DNA from: a candidate division FCPU426 bacterium
GTDB lineage: Bacteria > Oederibacteriota > JAUXIB01
Direction: 5' to 3'
Length of the DNA: 39,826 bases
Assembly (NCBI GenBank): GCA_030621225.1
Contig: JAUXIB010000004.1
Coordinates: forward strand, 1-39,826
The notes under the pieces were generated by a model. It was not told where the DNA came from. It worked only from the letters and a program-made list of their open reading frames with translations, and ran no database searches. A program made the position numbers and the translations under genes. Below, piece after piece: positions 19,164 through 27,715 of the stretch; within the stretch, counting starts at the first letter, position 1; every line of letters starts with the position of its first letter.

Positions 19164-20156
19164 ATGCCTACTAGTAGATATAGAAAACTATCAGACTTCA
19201 TTCGCAACCAGATGCGGATGTCGCATGTCTATCAGCCGGTAATGCTGATTGAGTTGTTGAAGCATGAGGGCAAGGCTTCGGTGCGGCAGATTGCCAAGGC
19301 GTTATCGGGGCAGGATCTCTCTCAGATTGAATACTACGAGCAAATTACCAAGAATATGGTGGGTCGGGTGCTTACTAAGAATCGGGGGATCACTGATAAG
19401 CAAGAGAACAACTACCACATAAAGGGTTTTGACCAGCTCTCGCCGGCTGAGATCAAGCAGTTGGTTGAGTTATCGATGCAGCGCTTGGATGAATACGTGG
19501 CCAAGCGAGGCAAGGACATCTGGTCGCACCGGCGCAAGTCGAGCGGCTACATATCTGGAACCAAGCGTTATGAAGTGTTAAAGAGAGCCAAGTTTTGCTG
19601 TGAACTGTGTGGCATCTCTGCTCGCAAAAAGGCGTTGGAGGTGGATCACATTGTGCCGCGAAGCAAGCAGGGATCCGATGATATCTCGAATCTTCAAGCG
19701 TTGTGTTACAGCTGTAATGCCATGAAGCAGAATCGGGACGACACCGACTTTCGTGGCATCGAAAGACGCTACAAGGAAAGAACTCCCGGCTGTGTCTTTT
19801 GCGACCTGCCCAAAAAGCGGATCATTGGCGAGAACGAACTGTGCTTAGCAATGCGTGATAAATATCCAGTGACCGAGTTACATTCGTTAGTTATTCCCAA
19901 ACGGCATGTGCGCGAATACTTTGGATTATTCCAGCCGGAGCTAAATGCAGTTAACTCCTTGTTGGTAGAACTGAAGAAAGATATCGCGAAGCGTGATGAT
20001 ACAGTGACTGGCTTTAATATTGGGGCAAACTCTGGGCCTGATGCCGGGCAGACCATTTTTCACTGTCACATCCATCTGATTCCAAGAAGGAAGGGCGATG
20101 TAAAGAATCCGCGCGGGGGAGTGAGGGGAGTGATTCCGGAGAAGCAAGGGTATTAG
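19164..20156 (+). CDS. Fusion: N-terminal helical/wHTH-like domain + HNH nuclease + HIT hydrolase
   Basis: CELCG..LEVDHIVP..NLQALC..CNAMK; then CVFC, DKYPVT..HSLVIPKRH, AGQTIFHCHIHLIPRR. Confidence 0.88.
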   Translation: MPTSRYRKLSDFIRNQMRMSHVYQPVMLIELLKHEGKASVRQIAKALSGQDLSQIEYYEQITKNMVGRVLTKNRGITDKQENNYHIKGFDQLSPAEIKQLVELSMQRLDEYVAKRGKDIWSHRRKSSGYISGTKRYEVLKRAKFCCELCGISARKKALEVDHIVPRSKQGSDDISNLQALCYSCNAMKQNRDDTDFRGIERRYKERTPGCVFCDLPKKRIIGENELCLAMRDKYPVTELHSLVIPKRHVREYFGLFQPELNAVNSLLVELKKDIAKRDDTVTGFNIGANSGPDAGQTIFHCHIHLIPRRKGDVKNPRGGVRGVIPEKQGY

Positions 20157-20484
20157 TGTAAGTAGTGTGTGATGAAAAAGTCGCAATTCTAGACGCGGTC
20201 CCTTAATTTTATACGTAGAGGAGCACCACTGCGTGCTCCCCCATGCCTCAAAGAGGCATGGCTAAGGGTGAGTTTTTTCGATTGAACACGTAGGGGCAGC
20301 CCATGCCTGTCACACCTGCGAAAGCATGTCCTCATGAAAACGGGGATAGGTGTCCAATACAAAAGGGGAGGGTGTGGGTGAAGGAAGCCAGGAGTGGGGG
20401 TGAAGAAGGGCGTGCAATAAATGTCAGAGGTGGGGCGAAGGGGACAAGTCTAAAACTGTCTATCGACTAAATTAAGGAGGCACC

Positions 20485-21081
20485 ATGGCAAGAAGCGGAA
20501 CGACAGTGCCGCAGGAGATCAAGATTGCTCGGATCAACAATGAATGGAGCATGTCGTGGAATCACATCGGCAATATCAGCACGGTCTTTTGGGGGATATT
20601 TGCGGCTCAGGTAGTGATCAACGGGGCCATTGTTTTCAAATTTGACGATCTCAATGCCACAGCTGCCAGCTTCTGGTTGCTTCTCTTCAACATACTCGTG
20701 GCCCTTCATTACCAAAGGGAGCATTGGGCCAGAATGAGAATAATTAATCATATCTGTGGACTGAGAAAGGCACTAAAGTTGCCGGATGATGAAGAAAAAT
20801 TGTTGTTTTTTAACTCCTTGAGAGTTCCCAAACCCCGTTTCGATAAGGTTCATGCCTATTTTATCTCGTTGCACCTGCTATTTATCGCCATACCGTTCTA
20901 TCTTTTTTGTTGCGAGACGGTGGCAACGGGAAAAATGGTGTACAGTTGCGCCAACCTTGCGTCTCCCAAAGGTTTGACAGCTTTTGCCATTTTTGTTGGC
21001 GCAGCTATCTGGTATGGCTATGACGATGCCAAGAGCAGGGACAATATCGCGAAGCACTGGAAAGAGCGGAAGGAGGGGTAA
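20485..21081 (+). CDS. Integral membrane protein (about 4 TM), first gene of the OLD operon
   Basis: RBS AAGGAGG; four hydrophobic stretches; ends 2 nt before the next gene. Confidence 0.7.
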   Translation: MARSGTTVPQEIKIARINNEWSMSWNHIGNISTVFWGIFAAQVVINGAIVFKFDDLNATAASFWLLLFNILVALHYQREHWARMRIINHICGLRKALKLPDDEEKLLFFNSLRVPKPRFDKVHAYFISLHLLFIAIPFYLFCCETVATGKMVYSCANLASPKGLTAFAIFVGAAIWYGYDDAKSRDNIAKHWKERKEG

Positions 21082-21083
21082 TT

Positions 21084-22553
21084 ATGAGAATATCTGCGTC
21101 TGATTTGTACTCTTTCCAAAAACCATCAAAATGCTCTCTCCGCGTCTACCTCCGGCATATAGGTGAACCACAATTAGATTCTGGTCCTTTCGAGCAGGTG
21201 CTCCAGCGTTTTGGGATAGAGCACGAAAAAAAGCATCTTGATTCTTTGGGGGACTTCGTTGATCTAAGCGAGGAATTCAATCCCGAACTCAGGACCAGGG
21301 AAGAGGTCGAGAAAAAATCTGCGGTTATCTATCAGCCAAACATGGGCGTGAATGAGACCGTTGGTGGTACTGCTTGCGAGGTAGTGGGGCGTCCCGATTA
21401 CTTCCTTCTGGATGGAGATGAGTATGTGATTCGCGATTCGAAAATATCGAGGCGAATCAATGATAGGGACCATCCTGAAATAATCAATCAACTGAATGTT
21501 TATGGCTGGTTATTCAATAAGACATTTGGCAAGCCACCTAAGCGGTTGGAAGTACACAATGGGCTAAATGAGATAGTTCCCGTCGACTATGCGGGGGATG
21601 AAAAAGTTGCAGAAAATCTCAAGAGCATTTTAACTATAAAGCTATCTGAAGAAGAGCCGTTTGAACCAGTGGGCTGGTCAAAGTGCAATGGGTGTGCGTT
21701 TAGGGATAAGTGTTGGCCTGAAGCTGAAGCGAGAAAAGATGTAGCTATGGTTGCTGATCTGGATCAGGGCATTGTTAGAGCATTGCGCGGTGAGAGTATT
21801 GTTACCGTCAGTGAGTTCGTAGATAAGTATGACGAGAATAGTTTGGCTGAATTGCAGAGACCCTGGGGACAGAGGACACAACGGGTTGGAAAGTCGGCTA
21901 CTAAAATCATGCCGCTTGCCAGGGCAATGGCTAGCGGGAAAGAAATACTGATTCAGAAACCTGACATTCCACAACATGAGAATTATGTGATGTTTGATTT
22001 AGAGGGATTGCCGCCTCACCTTGATGAGTTAGAAAAGATATACCTGTGGGGGATGCAAGTCTTTGGCGAAAAGCCATCGGATTTTATTCCGGCAACGGCA
22101 GACTTTGGCGAAGAGGGGGATGAGCAAGGGTGGAATGACTTTCTGGCTAAAGCTAAAAAGATATTTGATGAATATGGGGATATACGATTCGTTCACTGGG
22201 CCACGTATGAAAAGACCTATGTGAAGAAATACATTGAAAGATACGGGGATTCTAATGATGTTGGGGCAAAGGTGTTAGAAAGTCTGTTGGATTTACTGCC
22301 TATTGCAAAAAGCTCGATAGCTTTGCCTCTGCCGAGTTATAGTTTAAAAGTGGTAGAGAAATACAGGGATGTTGGATTCAAACGCTCGATGGCTGAATCA
22401 GATGGCGAGTGGTCAATTGCTAAGTACATCGAGGCGACGGAGACAAATGATCCCAAGAAACGAGAGGAGGTGATGAATGAGATACTGAAATATAACGAGG
22501 AGGATTTGTTGGCTACTTGGGCAGTGTTTGAATGGTTAAACAGTAAACGATAA
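21084..22553 (+). CDS. TM0106-family RecB-like nuclease with RNase_H_2-like domain
   Basis: GRPDY..IRDSKIS; KCNGCAFRDKCW; VMFDLEG..YLWG, HWATYEKT, SYSLKVVE, YNEEDLLAT. Confidence 0.85.
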   Translation: MRISASDLYSFQKPSKCSLRVYLRHIGEPQLDSGPFEQVLQRFGIEHEKKHLDSLGDFVDLSEEFNPELRTREEVEKKSAVIYQPNMGVNETVGGTACEVVGRPDYFLLDGDEYVIRDSKISRRINDRDHPEIINQLNVYGWLFNKTFGKPPKRLEVHNGLNEIVPVDYAGDEKVAENLKSILTIKLSEEEPFEPVGWSKCNGCAFRDKCWPEAEARKDVAMVADLDQGIVRALRGESIVTVSEFVDKYDENSLAELQRPWGQRTQRVGKSATKIMPLARAMASGKEILIQKPDIPQHENYVMFDLEGLPPHLDELEKIYLWGMQVFGEKPSDFIPATADFGEEGDEQGWNDFLAKAKKIFDEYGDIRFVHWATYEKTYVKKYIERYGDSNDVGAKVLESLLDLLPIAKSSIALPLPSYSLKVVEKYRDVGFKRSMAESDGEWSIAKYIEATETNDPKKREEVMNEILKYNEEDLLATWAVFEWLNSKR

Positions 22554-22563
22554 AGGGGGAATA

Positions 22564-22752
22564 ATGCCAAGTGTTAATTCAAGTGTGTTTAGTTCTATCG
22601 ATTACGATCAAGAAACAAAGACGTTGGTAATGACATTCAAACACGGGAAGGAATATCCGATTTATAACTTTCCCGAAAATGTCTATAAAGAATGGATGGC
22701 CGCTGATTCCTTGGGGAGATATTTTAATGATAATATCAAGGACAAGTACTAG
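22564..22752 (+). CDS. KTSC-domain protein
   Basis: VNSSVFSSIDYD....TL..TF..G..Y....P..VY.....ADSLGRYFN.NIK. Confidence 0.9.
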   Translation: MPSVNSSVFSSIDYDQETKTLVMTFKHGKEYPIYNFPENVYKEWMAADSLGRYFNDNIKDKY

Positions 22753-22755
22753 ACA

Positions 22756-24783
22756 ATGATTATCAAATCAATCCGCGCGAAGAATTTTCGATCCATCAAA
22801 GACGCAACGCTCATATGCGAGAATCTGTCTGTATTGGTAGGAGGGAATGGTGCAGGTAAATCTTCTTTCTTCAAAGCTATTGAAGTATTCTATAATCCTT
22901 CAACAGTAATTACTGAGGATGATTATCATAATAAAAAGTTGGACGAAGAAATAGCGATTTCAATAACGTTTACTGAATTGACAAAGTCAGAATTGGATGT
23001 GCATTCAGCGTATGTTGATGAGAAGGTGCTTACTGTTGAGTATATAGTTAAGTGGGATGGCAGAAAGGCAATAGGGAAGTATCATGGTGCCACTCTTAGA
23101 AACGGAGAATTCGCGGTTGTAAGAGAGGCTTTAGAATTATCAGACAGGGGAGCTACCGCTAAGAAGGAATATAGCTTTTTGCGGGGAAAGGAGAAATACA
23201 GCAGTCTACCCGCCTATGGCTCTAAGGGAGCGACCGAAGAAGCTCTTGTAGCGTGGGAAAAAGAACATCCGGGTGAATGTATAAGAATGCGTGATGCCGG
23301 ACAGTATTTCGGTTTTAAGGAAGTGGGGCAGGGGAAATTAGAGAAGCACACCAAATTTATTCTCATTCCTGCTGTCAGAGATGCTTCCGATGATGCGGAA
23401 GAGGGACGAGATTCATATCTATCAGAATTAATGGAATTGCTAGTAAGAAGCGCCATATCGAATCGAAAAGAGTTTCGGGATTTTAGGGAACGAGCGAAGG
23501 AAGAGTATAGTAATATAATGAACCCCGAAAACATCAAAGAACTTGATGAATTATCTTCCACTATGACCGAAACCTTGCAGACGTTTGTTAAGAACGCAGA
23601 AGTGGATCTATCGTGGCGGGACTTACCGGAGCCGACTTTTCCTTTACCACAAGCAGATATGAGACTGGTCGAGGATGACTATAAGGCTACCGTGACACGA
23701 GTTGGACATGGCCTACAACGAGCGCTTATCTTTACTATTTTTCAGCATCTTGCAATGGCACAAGAAAACAAAGTTATTGAAACCGTGGAGGCACAGGGAG
23801 AAGGCGAAGGAAACGATGAAGAGCTCGGGCAGCCAAATCTGATAATTGCAATTGAAGAGCCAGAGCTATATCAGCACCCCAGTCGCCAACGTCACTTATC
23901 AGATATTCTTTCACAAATAGCTAAAGGAACAATACCAGGTGTGGCGAAAAAAACTCAAATTCTATATAGCACACATTCCCCTTTGTTTGTGGGAATGGAT
24001 AGAATTAATCAGGTCAGACTGATCAAGAAGAGTAAGATGGATAATAGTTCGATCAAACAGACAACAGTAGCTCAGATAGACGTGGACGCGATAGCCGAAA
24101 AATTATGGGAGCTGAATGGAGCTTTGGGAGAAAAATATACAGCTGAAAGTGTGCTTGCGCGTCTTGGAACGATTATGACACCTATGATGAATGAAGGTTT
24201 CTTTGCTAATGTTATTGTGCTTGTGGAGGGCGAAGGAGACAAAGCTGTCTTGCATGGAATAGCAAAGGTTAAGAAAATAGATTTTGAGGAGCAGGGAGTA
24301 TCTGTCATTCCTTGTATGGGGAAAACCAATATTGATAGGCCATACCTAATCTTCAAGAAATTTGGAATAGATGTATTTATAATGTGGGACGGCGATTACG
24401 GCAAAGGTCAGGAAGGGGAGGGATGCGAGAAGTGCGGCAGGGGGAAAAGCAAGGCCGCAAATCCTTCCGAAAACAGGCGCATCCTTGCAATGTTAGGTCG
24501 AACGGAGCAAGATTGGCCAGATGAAGTAACTGAAGAACATGCTTGCCTAAAGGTGGATCTGGAGACAACCATAAAAGAGGAAATAGGCGAGGATGAATTT
24601 GCGAAAAGTCTTTCTGAGTGCTGTGAAGAATTTGGCATGAAGAAGAGATATGCTCTAAAAAATCCATATGTTATTGAGAGCATTGTGGGAACGAACAGAG
24701 AAAAGGGCCGAATTTGCTCTACACTTGAAAAAGTAGTTGATAAAGTTATTGCTATGAAAAACCGAAAAGATCGTGATTGTTGA
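22756..24783 (+). CDS. OLD-family ATP-dependent nuclease (ABC ATPase + TOPRIM)
   Basis: KNFRSI, Walker A GGNGAGKS, IPAVRD, VGHGLQR, Walker B IEEPELYQHP, STHSP, TOPRIM VEGEGD and WDGD. Confidence 0.9.
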   Translation: MIIKSIRAKNFRSIKDATLICENLSVLVGGNGAGKSSFFKAIEVFYNPSTVITEDDYHNKKLDEEIAISITFTELTKSELDVHSAYVDEKVLTVEYIVKWDGRKAIGKYHGATLRNGEFAVVREALELSDRGATAKKEYSFLRGKEKYSSLPAYGSKGATEEALVAWEKEHPGECIRMRDAGQYFGFKEVGQGKLEKHTKFILIPAVRDASDDAEEGRDSYLSELMELLVRSAISNRKEFRDFRERAKEEYSNIMNPENIKELDELSSTMTETLQTFVKNAEVDLSWRDLPEPTFPLPQADMRLVEDDYKATVTRVGHGLQRALIFTIFQHLAMAQENKVIETVEAQGEGEGNDEELGQPNLIIAIEEPELYQHPSRQRHLSDILSQIAKGTIPGVAKKTQILYSTHSPLFVGMDRINQVRLIKKSKMDNSSIKQTTVAQIDVDAIAEKLWELNGALGEKYTAESVLARLGTIMTPMMNEGFFANVIVLVEGEGDKAVLHGIAKVKKIDFEEQGVSVIPCMGKTNIDRPYLIFKKFGIDVFIMWDGDYGKGQEGEGCEKCGRGKSKAANPSENRRILAMLGRTEQDWPDEVTEEHACLKVDLETTIKEEIGEDEFAKSLSECCEEFGMKKRYALKNPYVIESIVGTNREKGRICSTLEKVVDKVIAMKNRKDRDC

Positions 24784-24788
24784 AATCC

Positions 24789-24873
24789 GGAGGGTTGGCC
24801 GAGTGGTCTAAGGCGGCGACTTTATAAGTCGTTGGGCAGAAGTGCTCCGGGGGTTCGAATCCCTCACCCTCGG
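24789..24873 (+). tRNA. tRNA-like gene: class II (long variable arm) Ser-type body with TAT anticodon; G1:G72 mismatch; no encoded CCA
   Basis: GGAGGGT/ACCCTCG acceptor; GCC-GAGTGGTCTAA-GGC D arm; GCGAC-TTTATAA-GTCGT anticodon arm (TAT at 24823-24825); GGGCA-GAAG-TGCTC variable arm; GGGGG-TTCGAAT-CCCTC T arm; G73. Confidence 0.85.
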
Positions 24874-25059
24874 ATCTAATGAAGGGACCGAGGTTTAGTG
24901 GGGCGAGGATCATACTTGACTTGATAAAAACATTCTTGAAGTGCCCGTTTTTGTCCGGTGCTCGTGTTAGTATAGTTCATAGTTTAGATGATTGCGTTAA
25001 GGTCTTAGTCGTCGACACAAAGAGTGGAGTAACTCATCAATCTCAGATATAATGAAGCC

Positions 25060-26454
25060 ATGAGTGGAACCGTAGCCGACAAGAAGAGATTACTGAAAGT
25101 AACCGCTGCCAATCTTAAGCGAGGCAAGTTGAGCATAACCGGGAATTATGACTTTTTCCCGGCAAGATCCCTCAGGATTCATCTTAAGGGATTGGATGAT
25201 ACTATTACGACCCATGTAAGCCATGGTCCGAATGGGAAACCTGATGGATATCTTGATGGTACGGAATGGGTGCGGCGCTTCTATGAATATCATAAGATTA
25301 GAACAGGGGACATCCTCGCTCTTGAAAAAAACGGCAATGGCACTTATCGATTGTATTCCTTTGAGGCAAAGCCGGAGAGACATGGCGATTGGCATCGATT
25401 CGTACACAAGCCTTTGCGGGGCAAGGGTCCCACGATATTAGAGCTCTTTGCGGGATGTGGTGGATTGATCCAGGGCTTTAAGAGAGCAGGTTTCAGAACT
25501 GTGTTAGCAAACGAATGGGATGCGTCTGCCGCAGAAACAATCAGAGCTAACCTAACGGAAAGAGTGGCGCAATGCGCCGTGCAGGAGATAAAGAAGTTTC
25601 CCTCTGTTGATGTTGTGGCCGGCGGACCGCCGTGCCAAGGTTTTAGCAATCTTGGGGAGAGAGTGCCCTGTGATCCTCGACGACAACTATGGCGACATTT
25701 TATGAGAGCGGTTGGAGAAGCGAGTCCCAGGGCTTTTGTGATGGAGAACGTCCCGCCGCTTCTTTCGTCTCAGGAATACGTTGAGATAAAGAAGATAGCT
25801 ACTGAGCTAGGATACAACGTGGCGGGAAAGATACTGAACACTGCTGATTATGGTGTGCCACAAGTTAGAAAACGGACGATAATCATAGGATTGCAGGAGG
25901 GCACTCCGTCGTTCCCCGAGCCTACACATGTGAATCCAGCCAAGAAAGACCTCTTGAATAGCGAACTTCCCCCGTGGCAAACTGTCAGAGATGCCATCGG
26001 CGATCTTCCCTTTGAACCGGACGGTAGAAATTGGCATATTGGACGAAATCCTACCGATAAATCCAAGAAGAGATATAGGTGCATACCCGCAGGAGGTAAT
26101 CGATGGGATCTTCCGAGACATTTGATGCCCGACTGCTGGAAAAGAAAGACGAAAGGCGGAACGGATCTTTTTGGTCGCTTGTGGTGGGATCGTCCCTCGG
26201 TAACGATACGGACGGAGTTTTACAAACCGGAAAAGGGAAGATACTTGCACCCTGAAGCTCATCGACCGATCACTCATCGTGAAGCCGCGAGATTGCAGGG
26301 GTTCCCGGATGACTTTGATTTTAAGGGTAGTAAGATTAAAGTTGGAATTCAAATTGGTAATGCAGTTCCCCCTCTTTTAGCAGAGGCAATCGCCAAACAT
26401 GTCGCTAAGTTGATTGCAGTAAGGAAGCCTGCCGAGTTGGTTGCATCAGGATAA
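25060..26454 (+). CDS. DNA (cytosine-5)-methyltransferase with an N-terminal extra domain of about 115 aa
   Basis: ELFAGCGG (I), GGPPCQGFS (IV), MENV (VI), YGVPQVRKR (VIII), REAARLQGFPD and QIGNAVPP (IX-X). Confidence 0.95.
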   Translation: MSGTVADKKRLLKVTAANLKRGKLSITGNYDFFPARSLRIHLKGLDDTITTHVSHGPNGKPDGYLDGTEWVRRFYEYHKIRTGDILALEKNGNGTYRLYSFEAKPERHGDWHRFVHKPLRGKGPTILELFAGCGGLIQGFKRAGFRTVLANEWDASAAETIRANLTERVAQCAVQEIKKFPSVDVVAGGPPCQGFSNLGERVPCDPRRQLWRHFMRAVGEASPRAFVMENVPPLLSSQEYVEIKKIATELGYNVAGKILNTADYGVPQVRKRTIIIGLQEGTPSFPEPTHVNPAKKDLLNSELPPWQTVRDAIGDLPFEPDGRNWHIGRNPTDKSKKRYRCIPAGGNRWDLPRHLMPDCWKRKTKGGTDLFGRLWWDRPSVTIRTEFYKPEKGRYLHPEAHRPITHREAARLQGFPDDFDFKGSKIKVGIQIGNAVPPLLAEAIAKHVAKLIAVRKPAELVASG

Positions 26455-26470
26455 ACAATAAGATTACGCG

Positions 26471-27451
26471 ATGGCAAAAAGGCGGCCCCAAAAAGGTGTA
26501 AACGAGCTGATTGCGTATATTGACCGAGAGTTGAGAAAATTCGGCAAAGTGCGTAAGGGTGTTTCTCTGCGAAATAATGTAATTGCCTTGGCGAGGTTGC
26601 GCCAAGCGTTAGATGATCTTGGAGTTAGTACGTTGGCGGAAGGTGGGATATCCGCCAAAGGAGCAAGAGAGCGAATAAAGTTATACATGCGCGAGTATGT
26701 CGGTGAAGTTATTGAGAGCGTTGAGCTTGAGGTAGTCACGGGTATCTCAGAATATGCGCGAAGAATTCGAGAACTTAGGGTTCAATTCGGCTATCATATA
26801 GCATCCGGGGCTTCCCCTGATCCGCATTCCGAGGTGGATCTACGACCGGATCAATACATTCTTGTTGATGGGGAACCTGATCAGGATGCAGCGCGGAGGT
26901 GGGGGATAGTCAACAGAATTAGGCGAGGCAAAGGCGGCAGCAAAGATAAAATTCTACAGTTTTTGAAAGAGAATGTTGGAAAAGTTGTTACGACGGAAGA
27001 ACTTGCCTACGTTGCTAATAAAGTCAAAAATTACCCTCGCCGAATCAGAGAGCTCAGAACCGAAAGTGGTTATTCGATAGCTACCAGGTTAACCGGACGC
27101 CCGGATCTAAAAGTTGGCCAGTATGTATTGCTGTCCGCCGAGAGAATCGCCGAACCGCACGATAGACAAATCCCTGATGAAATACAAAAGACTGTATATG
27201 AACGAGATAAAAGTAAATGTAAAGTTTGTGGGTGGACTCAAGACCGCTGGTCCAAAAGAGATCCAAGAATACTTGAACTTCACCACTTGGAACACCATAA
27301 GGAAAAAGGTTCCAATAGGGAGGAAAACTTGACGGTCATCTGCAGTAAGTGCCACGATGAAGTACATTCGGGGAAACACAGAGGTGTTGTCGACAAGATA
27401 AAGAAAGCACTATGTCGGACGTATTCTCGAAGAAAAAAAGATCGGAGATAA
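26471..27451 (+). CDS. HNH endonuclease with two wHTH-like repeats; probable cognate REase
   Basis: Repeats VGEVI...EL.....YARRIRELR..FGY and VGKVV...EL.....YPRRIRELR..SGY; CKVCG..ELHH..N....L..IC..CH. Confidence 0.85.
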   Translation: MAKRRPQKGVNELIAYIDRELRKFGKVRKGVSLRNNVIALARLRQALDDLGVSTLAEGGISAKGARERIKLYMREYVGEVIESVELEVVTGISEYARRIRELRVQFGYHIASGASPDPHSEVDLRPDQYILVDGEPDQDAARRWGIVNRIRRGKGGSKDKILQFLKENVGKVVTTEELAYVANKVKNYPRRIRELRTESGYSIATRLTGRPDLKVGQYVLLSAERIAEPHDRQIPDEIQKTVYERDKSKCKVCGWTQDRWSKRDPRILELHHLEHHKEKGSNREENLTVICSKCHDEVHSGKHRGVVDKIKKALCRTYSRRKKDRR

Positions 27452-27561
27452 TGAGTCGCATCCGCGGCCCGGGCACTAAGCCGGGGGCGAGGGTCATACC
27501 TTCGATGGTCAAGTTAACTTGTAACAACAAAGGTGCTCTCGGAGAGCACCTTTTGTTTTAG
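27412..27561 (+). pseudogene. vsr: Truncated very-short-patch-repair endonuclease
   Basis: MSDVFSKKKRSEIMSRIRGPGTKP is the classic Vsr N-terminus. Homology ends near 27483 and the frame runs into repeat block D. Confidence 0.85.
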
Positions 27562-27582
27562 GCGCATTCTGCCATATTCATC

Positions 27583-27672
27583 CCTGAGCATTTTATGTTT
27601 CGCTTAAATCGGGAAGAAACCACGGCTTTGAGATGCCAATCTGGCATCTCAAAGAAAGGCAGAGGCGGGCGA
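27583..27672 (+). pseudogene. Internal fragment of an ORF6N-domain gene
   Basis: PEHFMFRLNREETTALRCQSGISKKGRGGR aligns with FPEDFMFELTKDEARVLRSHFATSKKGRGGR of 36953..37471. Confidence 0.8.
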
Positions 27673-27715
27673 AGTCTCTGGAATGTTTCACATTGCGTAT
27701 TTTGGCCTAGCTGTG

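Noticed and set aside
22756-24783. Gabija, retron or PARIS assignment for the OLD gene
   Set aside because: No adjacent UvrD helicase or reverse transcriptase; ATPase and TOPRIM are in one OLD-type chain. A fused PARIS-like call cannot be excluded without HMMs.
24789-24873. Ochre suppressor (TTA) reading, or simple att-site remnant
   Set aside because: Stem pairing fixes a 7-nt loop TTTATAA with TAT central; the gene is full length and no duplicated 3' fragment or integrase is visible in the window.
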